DNA of 63,548 nucleotides, filler included, from Licmophora abbreviata (taxonomy: Eukaryota): the NCBI GenBank assembly GCA_900291995.1. It is 13 parts of 13 records of this genome, joined end to end, with 100 filler letters (N's around TTAATTAATTAA, not from the genome) between each part and the next. Parts side by side here need not be neighbours in the genome. Positions count along the whole stretch, not along the records: positions 32,617 to 34,498 come from OLMU01002400.1; positions 34,599 to 43,289 come from OLMU01002401.1; positions 43,390 to 46,091 come from OLMU01002402.1; 10 more parts are not named here. One strand, given 5' to 3'. The translations under genes and the position numbers were made by a program. Each line of letters starts with the position of its first letter. Positions within the stretch are counted from its first letter, which is position 1. Below the pieces are notes generated by a model that ran no database searches, was not told where the DNA came from, and worked only from the letters and a program-made list of their open reading frames with translations. This document shows positions 33,219 to 45,706 of this stretch, in pieces.

Positions 33219-34498
33219 ATGAGACATCGAGCCGTGTCCCGTCTTCTTACTCGGCAAGCATCGTTCCTGGGGGTCAAACGGCGATGTGGACTACAGAAGA
33301 TTGCGTCGTTCTGGGCTGTGGCGTCGCATGGCCCCATGGCGTCGGCACTTGACTGGCGGAAGTCACCGCCGGTGATGCCTCCACGACGCTGTACGCACAG
33401 CCCATTCGATGGTGGAGCAAATCGCGTTCTGGGCGTTCTACAAGAGTTTCTGTCCCGTCTAGAAGAGCTTGGAGTAGAGCGACCGGAAGCGCGAAAAGTC
33501 GATCGCTTATCACATTCATCCTTCCATGACTTGGCCTCCGAGCTGGCGTCGGGCTATCTTAAGCTGGATAGAATAGTCTCTACAGCGACAATAGACGAAC
33601 AGCACCAGTCTGACCGAGTATCGATTTTGCGGGTGTTGGCCACACAATGCAATCCTCTTCAAGAAAGTATAAATGAGGCTATCCAGAAATACCAGAAACA
33701 GACTCGAGACGTCAGGTCTCATCTCAACATGTCTCAGCTCACGGCGAAACTACGGCACGCTTGTGCTCCTAAATACGAACAGCTGTTTCAGCATGTCATG
33801 GAGGAGAATCCAGCCAAGGGGCTCGTATTTTTAGTGTCACTTCGAGAGGATCTCTTGTCTGTTAGACAGTCTGGGATCTTTGCAGCTGACGACGAAGTTG
33901 AACAGATGAAGCAACTGGATAACTACCTTCGAGCGCTTTTGTCCACTTGGTTTAGCCCAGGGATGCTTGGTGAGTATCAACGAGAAGTTTTGTGTTGTTC
34001 TATTCCTTTGTGACCTCGTTCTCTCATCCTTTGTCTTTCTCATTCAGAAATACGACGAATTACGTACGAGGGTACGTCAGCCTCAGTCATAGAGACGATT
34101 GCTACCAAGGAAGCTGTACACCCGCTCAAGAGTCTAGAGGACTTAAGATCACGATTGGGAAACGATCGCCGCGTTTTTGCGGCATTCCATCCACTGCTTC
34201 CGAATGTGCCCTTAGTCTTTTGTCATGTCGCGCTTCGATCCTTCGTCCCATCGACCATGAGTGATGTGCTGGAGGCTGAGACAGAAAACATCGACTTTCG
34301 CGTTGCCGCATTTTATTCCATCAGCTCGACGCAATCGGGGTTGAGTGGGATCGATCTGGGCCAGTTCTTAATCAAGCAAGCAGTGCGCTTACTCCGCAGT
34401 GAGTTCGTGACCCTTGAAACCTTTGTCACCTTATCGCCGATACCGCGCTTTCGACTGTGGCTCAAAGACAAGCTCCTGCTTAACCAAGACGGAGGGAC
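33219..34498 (+). CDS. MLYCD: Malonyl-CoA decarboxylase, probably mitochondrial; intron 33970-34047; interrupted by gap (possible end CEDVSRWLA* at ~34630)
   Basis: LSTWFSPGMLEIRRITY, KEAVHP, RRVFAAFHP..PNVPLVFCHVAL, FYSISSTQSGLSGIDLGQFLIK, TFVTLSPIPRFR. Confidence 0.9.
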
Positions 34499-34873
34499 NN
34501 NNNNNNNNNNNNNNNNNNNNNNNNNNNNNNNNNNNNNNNNNNTTAATTAATTAANNNNNNNNNNNNNNNNNNNNNNNNNNNNNNNNNNNNNNNNNNNNTT
34601 TGCGAAGATGTTTCGCGGTGGCTAGCATAATGAGGCTTAGAACTTAGAGATGTGTGTTTGTGTACCGTGTTCGTTTGATAGCTTTGTCGCCTCTTGTAAC
34701 GGTACCGTGCCGGGACGCGCGGCACAGGTGCGCGATACTCTGCCATTTTCGTCGCCATCGATCTGAGCCGACCAAACATTGAACATGACACCACAACGTC
34801 AAGACTACCTTTCTGTTTTGCGGTCACCTTTGTCGACATCTGTCTTTTTTCAAAGCTAGTCAGCATTGAAGCT

Positions 34874-36125
34874 ATGTCGCCTTGTCCTCCTCTGCCCCAG
34901 CTGACTTTGGAGGACGTGATGCAGTGTCAGTTCTCCAAGTGGTACGATACATTTCGAACTCTAGACAACACCAGCACGAGCAACGGTACAATTGCTGCTT
35001 ATACCGTCGAAGGCGAAATGACACGCCCACGAAGGAGACGAACCAATGTGACCATCGACTCGATAATAATACCGCTTCCAAAGCAATTTATCAGCTATCT
35101 CTTGAGCGACGGTGTCCGACTGCCGGAGGGTGCAACCCGTCTTTCGTCGTTTGTTCCAAACGAAAGAGCTGACGTCGATGAATGGAGCGACGACGAACCG
35201 GAAGAAGCCAGCCCTTGTGGACGAACTGAGGATGACCATAACAAGGACGAAGAGGGTGACGAAGAGTACTTGCGGCAGTTCAAATTTCCAGAGTTAAACC
35301 GGCAGGTTGAAGATGCCATTTCTCGTCTCGGCGGCTCGGTCGTTCCGAAAATGAACTGGTCATGTCCCAAGGATGCAACGTGGGTCAATAACGGGACTCT
35401 GCAGTGCCGGACAGTAGGCGATGTTTATTTGCTGTTAAAGAGCAGTGACTTTGTCTTGCACGATGTCTTGCACGCGTTTGACGATACACTTGAAGAAGGT
35501 GAGGCCTCCGAGATCGTCTCGTACGAACTTATCTTGCGCAAGTGGTGCAATCTGCACCCCAGCATGGAGTTCCGTTGCTTTGTATGGAACCGGAAATTGC
35601 GTAAGTCTATGGATGGCTGTATGGAGTATATGGTGAACTAGATTATCGCGCATTGCTTACCTGCTGAGCCGTTGTGCAGTTGCCGTTTCACAGCGGAACC
35701 ATACGCAACACTTTTCTCACGTGGTAAGAGAGCAGCACGGGATCAGGGCGCAGCTTGAGGACTTCTTTGAAGACGTGGTACGAGATCGGTTTGCACTACC
35801 AAACTACTCTTTCGATTGCTACATTGACAAACAGGATCGAGTGTGGCTCTTGGATTTCAATGTATGGGACCGTCGCACAGACTCCTTGCTGTACACGTGG
35901 GAAGAGCTCATGACTATGACAACAGTCTCATCCGAGAGAAGCGCAACACCTACTATTGCTACAAATAAGTCGACGATTCGTGTCGTGGAGACGGAACTCG
36001 AAGTGCAGCAAGATCCTCTGGCATCGTATCGAGCACCGATTGATACCATTGACCTGGCATCGTCAAAGAATTTCGAGGAGTTCATGAAGCTTTGCAAAAA
36101 GCCATCAGACCATGATTGTCTTTAA
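34874..36125 (+). CDS. CDC123: Cell division cycle protein 123 (D123 ATP-grasp); intron 35601-35679
   Basis: CQFSKWY, YLLSDG, LGGSVVPKMNWSCPKDATW, LLLKSSDFVLHD, LILRKW, EFRCFV, AVSQR, WLLDFN. Confidence 0.92.
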
Positions 36126-36554
36126 GGATTTTGTCGACCAAAAGCCGCCTAGCCTTCGTCTGTCGCCGCGCGCGCTATAGTGGGAAGATACGTATTGCTT
36201 TGTCCTAGGCTAGAAGACAGCCGGAAGTTTGTAATGAGGAAGTCCCATGGCAAGGTCTCGAGTGACCCAGTCCTATGCTTTGTGTCGATAAGCGGATGCT
36301 GACGACTGGCTCTTGGATACCTACTAAATAGAGAGACGAGGCACTGATGCGGGTTCCAAATACCAACGTCTAGAGCGAAAAATGAAAAATGCACGCCATC
36401 ACATCTTGGGTCACGTAGACTTTTACGCGCGCATACACATTAATCGAAACGAGCCAATCAGATCGCTCCGTTTCATGACTGCCTCACATTTTTCCAGGAA
36501 AAGAGAGAGACGCTTTCAATTTCAACATTACCCGGTAGCTGGGACCATTGGACC

Positions 36555-38949
36555 ATGGTGGAGGTAGAAGAGGCGACGTCCGTCGAGAGGTCCTCGGGTC
36601 CTTCTAGGGAACCCGCAGAGATGTTTTACGGGGATTCTCCATGCGAGAACAATTTTGATGAGGGGAATACTAGCCTTCGCGTTGAGACTATTGCGCCGGC
36701 TACTCGCTCGCTGGAGGCTGTTAGCCGTGACGCAGAAGAGGCGACTGCGAGGGCGCAGCAGCCTCTATGCAAGCGCAAATATGTGATCCTATTGAGCTTG
36801 GTATTCTTTGCATGTGTCATCGCCGTCGGAGTAGGAGTGGGAGTTTCATTGTCGAAGCAGTCGGATGACACGGCGTCTCAAGAGCCTACTGAGCCGCCGA
36901 TGGTCCCTCGAGATCCTGCACTTCTCCTCGAGATTCGTATTGCCTTTCAGCAAGAAGAATGGTCCACTGTCACAACATGGCTAGACCCTACCTCGCCGCA
37001 GTCGAAGGCTCTAGACCTAGTCACTCAGGAGTACTACGATCTCTACGAGAATCGCTATGGCTCCGATCCATCTGCTCCTAACGCTACGGCTATCCTTGCT
37101 TCGATGCTTCTGAGTACCGATCCAAACAGGTGGCAACAACGATATGGATTGTGGGTCTTTGTTTTCACCACAGGTCTTCCGGAAGACAGTATGCCTTCGG
37201 AGGAGTGCTCATGGGCGGGGCATATTCAGTGTAGTGATGATGGTGTTGCGATCCGATCCGTGATCTTTGATAACCTAGGCTTGAAAGGCACCTTACCAGA
37301 GGAAGTGAGACTTTGGAGCAAACTTGGTAGGTGCCTATTACGCAAAGAGTTCTTGCTTTCTTGCTTGCATCTAGCTCACTGTGCATTCATATTTCTGCGT
37401 TTTACTTCTTTGCTTCCGGAATCACAGAATCCTTTCGTGCCCAGCGCAACTTGCTAGTCGGAGCGCTACCTCTTTCCATATATAACATGCCATACTTGCG
37501 TGAGTATTGCGAATTCATTTTTATGCCGTGTCGACATTCATTCAAAGAGTGCTTACCTTGTGGATCCACCGTCTTGATGCTCGCTATATTTCAGGCGTCT
37601 TGGATTTCGAGAACAACGCGTTGTCTTTTTCTCTACCGAGCGACATCGGCCTGATGAGCAGTCTCGGTACGTTGTCAAGAAGTTGCAAGTGTGGCCTTGT
37701 GCGTGTCGACTCCTATATTAGCTAATCCATGATGATTGATGTACCGAAAGAACGCCTGAACTTAGACTTCACTGATGTTTTTGGGGATTTGCCGTTGACC
37801 ATGAAGAATCTTACTCAACTCAGTGCGTATGCAGCTCTATTAACAACGTGTGAACTATATTGGCTATTGTCGCTCACATCGCTCCGTTCCTTGCGGCAAG
37901 CTAGAGGAAATTCGTCTTCAGGGTGTCCAGGATGTATCCGGGCCTTTGTTCCAGTTGATGATGGCATGGCCGGACATTGGTGAGTTGCATACGCTCTCTG
38001 GTGCGAATGTTTGTCGCTCACGTCGTAGTTGCTCATCAATAGTTCCTGATGTTTCATCTTCGACTGTGTGGGCCCTTCCTCAGAGAGCGTTTTCATTGGT
38101 GGAATCCTGACAGACTCCACCTTGACAGGCACCATACCGAACGACCTATCGAGGCTAAGTCGTCTCCGTAAGTACTTTGTGGGTATTTGATTCGTACTGT
38201 GGAAACGCCCTGCCTATACCTCATATATAAGCTAACCATCCCAAATTACATCCTCGACTGTAGGTCTGTTCGATGTCCTTGATTCGGCCTTTCACGGCAC
38301 CATACCGACTCAACTCGGGACCATGAGCCAGCTCGGTACGAAATTTTTCAGTCTCAGTAATTGGACATGGTAATGGCTCGTTTCTCATCGCTGAATCCTT
38401 TATCTTCTGTTTCAGAGAGATTCAACATTGGAAGTGGTGCTCGAAGACAGCAGAAACTGTCGGGCCCGGTCCCATCGCAGATTGGCGACAACTGTCAGAA
38501 TCTAGGTACGATTCTTGCGCTGAGCACCCAAAAGCTCGTTACTATCATCGCAATGATGTTACATTCGTCCTCGTGCTCACATTATGTATTGTTCCACTGT
38601 TTAAAGTTTCTCTGGTGATTACCTCCAACGACATTTCTGGCACCTTGCCACCGTCGTTGGGCAATTGTACCAACCTAGGTTTGTTTGGCGTGTTTGACAG
38701 CAAAGTGAATGGCACCATCCCTGAGTCATATCTTGCCCTAAGAAAGTAGAGGACATCTATCTCGACAAGAACAATCTCTCCGGAAACATACCCTCAGAGT
38801 TTGGAGCGCTTGAAAAGTTGACTACTCTCGCTTTGAATGGAAATGATTTTGAAAATGACGAGATACCACCGGAGCTGTGCAGTATCCGATTTTTGTACTA
38901 TGACTGCGACATGTCGTGCTCTTGCTGTCAAGAATCGTGCACGGCATGA
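36555..38949 (+). CDS. Type II membrane LRR receptor-like protein, 9 exons; apparent frameshift near 38740
   Basis: N-terminal TM (VILLSLVFFACVIAVGVGVGVSL), diatom-like SPQSKAL...QRY..., ECSW..IQC cap, then plant-type LRRs (L.GTIP..LG.L..L) on separate exons and a Cys-rich end DCDMSCSCC. Confidence 0.82.
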
Positions 38950-38989
38950 GGCTTTGGTGACTTGAATTGTCAACGCCGTGTAGGAACTA

Positions 38990-39320
38990 TGGGGGCTATA
39001 CTGCAGTTGCAATCGAAAGCATACGGAGTACATCAAGAATATAGTGCGGCTGGGGATGCCGCTGTGATTTGTTTTGAGGAACAAGGGGGCTACTGCAGTT
39101 GCAATTGAACGCATATGGAGTATATGCATCAAGAAAATAGTGCGGCCGGGGATACCGCAGTGATTTTTACGGGACAGGGGGCTACTGCAGCTGCAATTGA
39201 ACGCATATGGAGTACATATACAAAGGGCATAGTGCGGCCGGTTTTGCGCGACAGGGGGGGGGGATACTACAAGTATATACACAAAGAGCATAGTGCGACC
39301 GGAGATGCCGCAATTAGGTT
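38990..39320. repeat. Degenerate ~92-bp tandem repeat, about 3.5 copies
   Basis: GGGGGC-TACTGCAG(T/C)TGCAAT...GCATA(C/T)GGAGTA...ATAGTGCGGC recurs at ~38999, 39091 and 39183, with a partial copy at ~39265. Confidence 0.85.
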
Positions 39321-39363
39321 CTAGTAATCATCGTTAGAGACGTCACATTCGAAGACTACTTTA

Positions 39364-40738
39364 TTAAAAATCCGGATCTGTCTGGAAAATCATCGGTGCT
39401 CCCACTGTTGGGTGCCGAATACAGAGCTGTCGTGCATGCAGACACAACATTCGATCTAGGTTGGCAATGTCCCGTTGTACATTCTGAGGCCACAGCCCCG
39501 AAGGTCGCTCGGCACAGCCCTTCTCCAACTCCCCCATACGGCGATCCCTCTCCTCCATATCCATAAATATCGTCTCCGACAATGGCATGTCCCATGGCTG
39601 CGCAATGCACGCGAAGCTGATGCGTTCGGCCTGTACGAGGGGTCAACTCAAGTCGAGTGACAGGCGAGCCGTCGGCCAAGTGCTCATACGACAAGATACG
39701 AAAGTGTGTTTCGCTCGGTTTTGGTGCCTGCTTCAAAAACTTGGCATTTCCCGGAGAAACAAGCACGGAATCGGAGCATCCGTCGACGTGTCCACGAAGT
39801 TCGTTGAAATTTCCACTGCCGCGTAACGAGACTCGCATAAAGGGCGGACGATTCGGATCACGCTCGAGTGGAAGGTGTATTTCACCTTCCAGTACACCCC
39901 CATTCCGCAAATGCCCACATACAAGTGCCTCGTATGTTTTCTGCACTCGCCGTTGACGAAAGTCCTCGTGCAGTGTTGACAGTGCTTCTTCCTGGAGTGC
40001 ATATACCACGACACCGGACGTGTCCATATCGAGTCGATGGACAATCATCTTGTCGACATGCATGGGGACATGGAATGTGCTGTGCACCAAATTAGCCAAG
40101 GAAGGGTTCCGACGAGGTCCTGGCACACACAAGACTCCCGATGGCTTGTGCACGACACAGATCGCGGAGTCCTTGTACAGCACGTGCAAGTGTTCCTGAG
40201 GCGTTAGGGACTGGCTTGCGCGGGCCTCGGCTTGGATCTTTTGTTGCAGTCGAGATCGTTCATGTGTGGACATTGACTCATAGTGCTCAGACTGTATTCG
40301 GGAAGATGCACTCAGAGAAAGAGGGTCGATCGAGATGAGAGAGTGCAGCTGTCGTCGATCGTGGCCTGGACTGGCACCAATGGCACGGCCGTGGTATATT
40401 TGCAAAGGCAGCATTCCTTTCGAGCCGCACCAGTCCACAGATCGAATCGACACAGATCGCGTAGTAGTCCAGGGGGCTTGTCGAGGACTCTTGAGCGCAT
40501 CGTTAGACGTGGACGGAGGATGTGTTGGCGCTGCCGATGGCTTATAGTGCTGTGTCAGTGCATGCGCCGGTGTGCAGACTGGAAGTCCCGCTAGAAGCAA
40601 AAAGGAACCTCCCACACGGACCAAATTGACCTTCCTTGGTTCAAATCGGGTGCGTTTCCGACTGTCGCGGTGTCGAGGACCCATCGTTCTCGACTCAAGA
40701 CGCAGCCCACGGTCTCGTTGTCGACGCTGTCGGCCCAT
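39364..40738 (-). CDS. RluA-family RNA pseudouridine synthase; apparent frameshift around 39480-39540
   Basis: [42 protein letters not shown]. The conserved LHARQL..HP..G.PM.F C-terminus lies in another frame (ORF 39364-39588). Confidence 0.88.
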
Positions 40739-41003
40739 TGTGTTCCATGCAATGTTGAATGTGTTGATGGCTGATGGCTGATGTTTTGTGTTTTGGCGCG
40801 AAACTCTTCCAATTCCAGATTCCATGTGACGTCAGTATCGACGGTTGCGATCATGTGTTCTGGGTTGCGACGATGCTTTCTCCTCCAAATCGATTGATTC
40901 ATTCCATTCTTTCGAAGCTCGACAATGGCGCACAGCTTTTGTCTGCACTCGTTGTTGTGAGAAATCCATCTTGACTGCGACGCCTCACTCTGGAAATAGG
41001 AGA

Positions 41004-42472
41004 ATGCCTCGAGCGTTCGTTGTGTGTTTCAGTTTGCTGACTGCTGCTTCCGGAACACGAGCTTGGACGACCGACGCACCATTCTATAATAGGCGAAACG
41101 CTCCCGGTCCACACGGACACGCTGCCAGAAGATCTGTTGCCTACACGACCATGTCCTCCACTGCTACGAATCCTATGCCCAAATTGCCACTGCCCGAGCC
41201 CATCTGCTCGGCGACTCCGAACACTTGGGCCTACGATACAATGTCGAGACGTGTCGATAAAGAAATCCTGCAACGTACCTTTGAAGAAAATCAAGAGGAA
41301 TTTGAAAGTAGCAAGTTTAGTAGTGTATTAGAGAGATTCCAGCAGTTGCGAAAAGATCTTCAGTCGGCGTCGACCACGAAACTGACGTACTTGGAAGACC
41401 TTCCTGACGATGCATCTATGGAACGAGTCCGAGAATACAACGAATGGAACGACTGTTGAAACCCTTTGTTGATGCTGGAGATACGTGGTTGACGGCACCG
41501 TGGATGGTGACGGAGTTCTATGTCTATCGTAGACTTATGCAGGTTTTGGGCTACTGGGATAAGGACAGTGCTGGGTATCAATACGACCCTTTTGCGAAAC
41601 AGAAGCGCGCCGGACTCACAAGTTCCGTCGCATCGGCTGAAGCCATGCTGGCCAAGATACCGACACTCCCCAAAACGGCAGAAGGTATTGAACTTGCAGC
41701 GTTCTTCTCATTGTGGGGCAACAAGATGGACTTGAGTCTGTGGCCGGCCGATGCGGCCAATACAAATGTCGATGTTTTCTCGAACATTTTGGTTAGTGCC
41801 AGCGAGAACTTATTGCACGATGATTCGGTGTTGCTCGCACAACACTGCGACACGTTGCGACAAGAGGGAGGCGGTAACGTTGATATTATTGTTGACAATG
41901 CTGGATTTGAGCTCGTGACAGACTTGGCGCTGGCGCAGCATCTTGTAGAGAGTGGCGTTGCCAAATGCGTTACGTTCCAACTCAAGTCGCACCCCACCTT
42001 TGTCTCGGATGCGCTTGAGAAGGATCTTCTCGAAACCGTAGATCATTACGCCATCAAAGATGAGTCAAAGTTTCCGTGTTCGCAAAAGGCGGGTTTGGTT
42101 TGGAAGCAATTCCTCAAGAATGGGCAATGGAAGTGTCACGAAGACAACTTCTGGGTCCAGCCCTATGCCATGTGGTCCATCCCTGAGCCACTTCGCACGG
42201 ATCTTAAAGAGCGATGCGACTTGGCGTTTGTAAAGGGTGACGCCAACTACCGACGTCTGTTAGGTGATCGCATGTGGGACTATACGGCTCCCTTTGCCGA
42301 CGTGGTCGGCGCGTACTTTCCCTGTCCAGTGTGTGCATTGCGAACACTCAAAGCTGAATTAGGATGCGGTATGGATGCCGATCAGGTGGAGCGAGCGAAG
42401 TCACTTGACGATCAGTGGTTGGTGAATGGAAGATTTGGAGTCGTTCAGTTTGGTGCTGGTGCTCCCAGATAG
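41004..42472 (+). CDS. ARMT1/DUF89 damage-control phosphatase, predicted plastid presequence; apparent frameshift near 41453
   Basis: TWLTAPWMVTEFYVYRR, YDPFAKQK, SLWGNKMDLS, DNAGFELVTD, PTFVSD, KGDANYRRL, LRTLKAE. Signal peptide ends TRA-W. Confidence 0.88.
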
Positions 42473-42562
42473 ACTTTGAAACTGGTAAAGAAAGACGAGC
42501 TGTTCCAATGATCACTCTAGAATGGGATAGTCTCCGCACAAAATACATGCCTAGAGCTTTCT

Positions 42563-43692
42563 CTAGATCTTATTCCGTTTGTTGTGGCATTCGCCCCACG
42601 CGCAAACAGACTTGCAGTGTAAAATATCAGAAAAGGCGTCCACGTCTACGGTATCCATGTAGCTTCCGTCCCACTGGACCAGATCTCTAGGAGTCCCACA
42701 TTGGTATTGTTGTGTTGGATATTTCGTTGCAGACTCGATGACCTGTGCCGCAGGAACCAACTGACAGGTGTCTTGTAGGTATCCAACCATGTCGATTACG
42801 TTTCGGACACGGACATCAGAGCCTGTCTCCTGCCTCATGGCTTCAAACAAGATCTGTACTCGATCGGGCACGCTGCTGTGTAGCGCCAAGGAGAGCGCTG
42901 CCAAGAAAAAGACAAGCGAAACGTCATCCTTTTCTGATTTCCCACGCTTCCACAATGCCTCCAGGACAACACGATCCATCAAGTGCCCCAGCTCAATCGT
43001 AAATGCATCTCCCTTGAGTTCCCTCATGGTGCCTCGCACGCAACGCACAAATGCTGTATATGTTGCACGTCCCTCCGGAAAGGCGCTGTCCAAATCCTTC
43101 CTGATGGCTCGAAAGACCTGCGGTGTCAGTTCCGAGTTGGCCACGCGCAGGTCGTCAATCTCGAGGGGATCGAGCGCCGCTCTTTCTTCGAGGTCGTCGC
43201 GCACCTTATTTCGATTGCTCGTTCCGTAGGATGACCTCACGAGCGTCGCAATCACCATGCCAATGGCCCCCAGGAAGATCTTTCCCAAANNNNNNNNNNN
43301 NNNNNNNNNNNNNNNNNNNNNNNNNNNNNNNNNTTAATTAATTAANNNNNNNNNNNNNNNNNNNNNNNNNNNNNNNNNNNNNNNNNNNNCCCCAGGAAGA
43401 TCTTTCCCAAATTGTCTAGAAATATATTGCTATCATCCTTCTTTCCATCTTTAGTGTTCTTGTCAGTGGAGTCGTTGGTCGAGGACGAGGAGGATTCGGG
43501 TGGCGGTGGTGTCACGGTGGCAGCAGAGGAAAAGCAAAGCTGATGCTGCAAAGTATAAGGAGCTATGGCCCGTTTCTCAGCGAGTTTCTTTTGACCTGTC
43601 CCTCTCCCTCCCAAATTACGTATGTCTAGAGCAACGGTGCGCTTGAGATGAGTGAAACGTCGCAGCAACGGAGCAGAAAGTGGCCGTAACAT
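42563..43692 (-). CDS. Uncharacterised protein with mitochondrial-type presequence and one TM segment, split by gap 43290
   Basis: A 22-bp flank overlap (CCCCAGGAAGATCTTTCCCAAA) joins the two ORFs. Arg-rich N-terminus MLRPLSAPLLRRF, degenerate EF-hand-like region, C-terminal VCAWGEC. Confidence 0.65.
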
Positions 43693-44215
43693 GATGGACA
43701 GGCATACAACCTCATCGCGTTCTCTTGGAAGTGCGTCAAGCGCCAAACGAGCGAGTGGGAAGTATTGCTCTTGGTACAACAATCACGTGTCTTTCTACAA
43801 AAGAGTGTTGAGTCGAACTAGTCAATCGTTTGTGCGCATGAACTGACAGAGGTACACCAAACATCATTTGTCTGTCTTCAGCCTTGAGGACGGGAATTGA
43901 ATTATTCGCCTTAATCAATCTTGCCAATACTTACGGAATGAGCAGTATGGGCCTGTGGAAGCACAAGCGAACGAATTCCCTCCCTAAGTAATATTGTTGA
44001 AGACTCCGAGGTTGCAATAACTACTGGGTCGGAGAGGCCGCTCGTTGTCAAGATTCAACGGCAATACCACGAAAACACCAAGCGCGAATTCGCAGTGATC
44101 AGAGCACACTCTGTGCGTTCCCAAAGAGCCCAAGGAGCCACTACAGATTTGTGAAACCAGTTCACAAGCAATCTGTGCACCTCTGTTTACTCTTCCACCC
44201 TCTTGTTTAGATAGA

Positions 44216-44985
44216 ATGATGGAAACGCCTTCCTTCTGGACCGAGCAGCAATCGCCATTCGAAGCCGATTGCTGTTCGGCCGAGACTCGTGAACCGGCGG
44301 TCGCGATGGATCCGGTCGCTGATCTGTTGTCAGTCTTCTTTGCGGCCTCCTTTCGATCTGCCGTTCAGACACCGTTGCCCGAACCAAAAGTAAGTCAACA
44401 CGTTTGTCGCAAGCCTCGTGGGGTCGAGCACAGGGCCCAATACACTTCTTTTGTTGCTTCGTCCATACACGTTCGACTTGGCATGACACGTGACTCACAG
44501 CTGTGGAACTTCATTTCTGTGCTCTACTACAGACCCCTCACAAACATGCGCACAGCGATAGTAGCATTGTCTCTTCTTTTGAACAAATGTTGTCATCTTG
44601 TTACGAACAATATCATGCGGTCACTGGCCGTCCATCCTCCTCTGCTTCCGAATCCAGCGAACGGAATACTTCAACATCACACGCTGACACGACGTCCAAG
44701 GTGAACGAACCGTTCCAGCCAGACCAACAGCACTCCACTTTTATTTCACATTCCGCCACAAGTCGATCGCGTAACTCGGGAGACTCTCGACGACGACCCG
44801 TGGCTGTAGCTGTTTTGGATACACTCCGCGATCCACAAGGCCGTCAAGTTCTCATTACACCCTGCCGAGCCAGACGCCGACGACTGAATTCGCACGGAGA
44901 CGAGAGAGTAATGCGTTCTTCCCTTGATAAAGGAGGGGATGAGGACGACGGCCAGGGCTCATTGACCTACTCGTGGACCGACTGA
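44216..44985 (+). CDS. Possible small hypothetical gene (structure uncertain)
   Basis: ATG ORF with a GTAAGT...CACAG candidate intron (44390-44500) and an overlapping Ser-rich ORF. No recognisable domain. Confidence 0.3.
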
Positions 44986-45706
44986 GCCAACCGATTCCTA
45001 CATTCAGATTCACTTCCTCGACACAACCACCTATATATTTCAGCGGTGGCGTTCTCCATGATGCGTAACGAGTCATTCACAACATGAAATTTTATACTAA
45101 GTAGTTTTTAGGTTGCTTTGAAAAGCTTTCTGTAGGGCTAGAGTAGACATTTTAATTCTGGTCGCGCTAGCCAGATTTGCACCACTGTCGCGTGTCTTAA
45201 GCGCCATCATTCAAGCCCATTAGCCATTCTAGCTTGTTACACAAAGAAGTAAAGTGCGTGTAAAACATCCGTCTAAAGCTAGGCATTGAAAGATCTCTTG
45301 TCGGCTAAGTAAGCGTTCTCCGAACCATCGAATAATCAACATCCCCTTTCATATGTCCGAACGGCCCCGAGTCTGTCATCACATCAGTCACTCACGAATT
45401 GAAAACGCGAGCTCTTGATATATTTAAAATGATATGAGAGCTCTCGTTCCTCAACCTTCCTCATGTGACGTCACACGACATCTGTTCGAGATACGATACG
45501 GCGGGGCGAAGACATCTTGCTTCTTGTTCTTCTTCCACTTCGCTTCGCGTTCTCTAGGCGGCAATGGCGATCGGCGTGAAGCTTCGCTTCGGTTGCCGCT
45601 GCTTTTAGGAATCTTCACCATGATTGCGAGCTTCCGATGGAAGCGAAAGGACCGAGAAGTGGGGCGTTCTACGAGCACCAGTAGGTCAATTTTCGAGTAT
45701 CGATGG

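Noticed and set aside
41454..41459. TGT-TGA in the ARMT1 gene as selenocysteine readthrough
   Set aside because: The conserved sequence continues in a different frame, not beyond the TGA.
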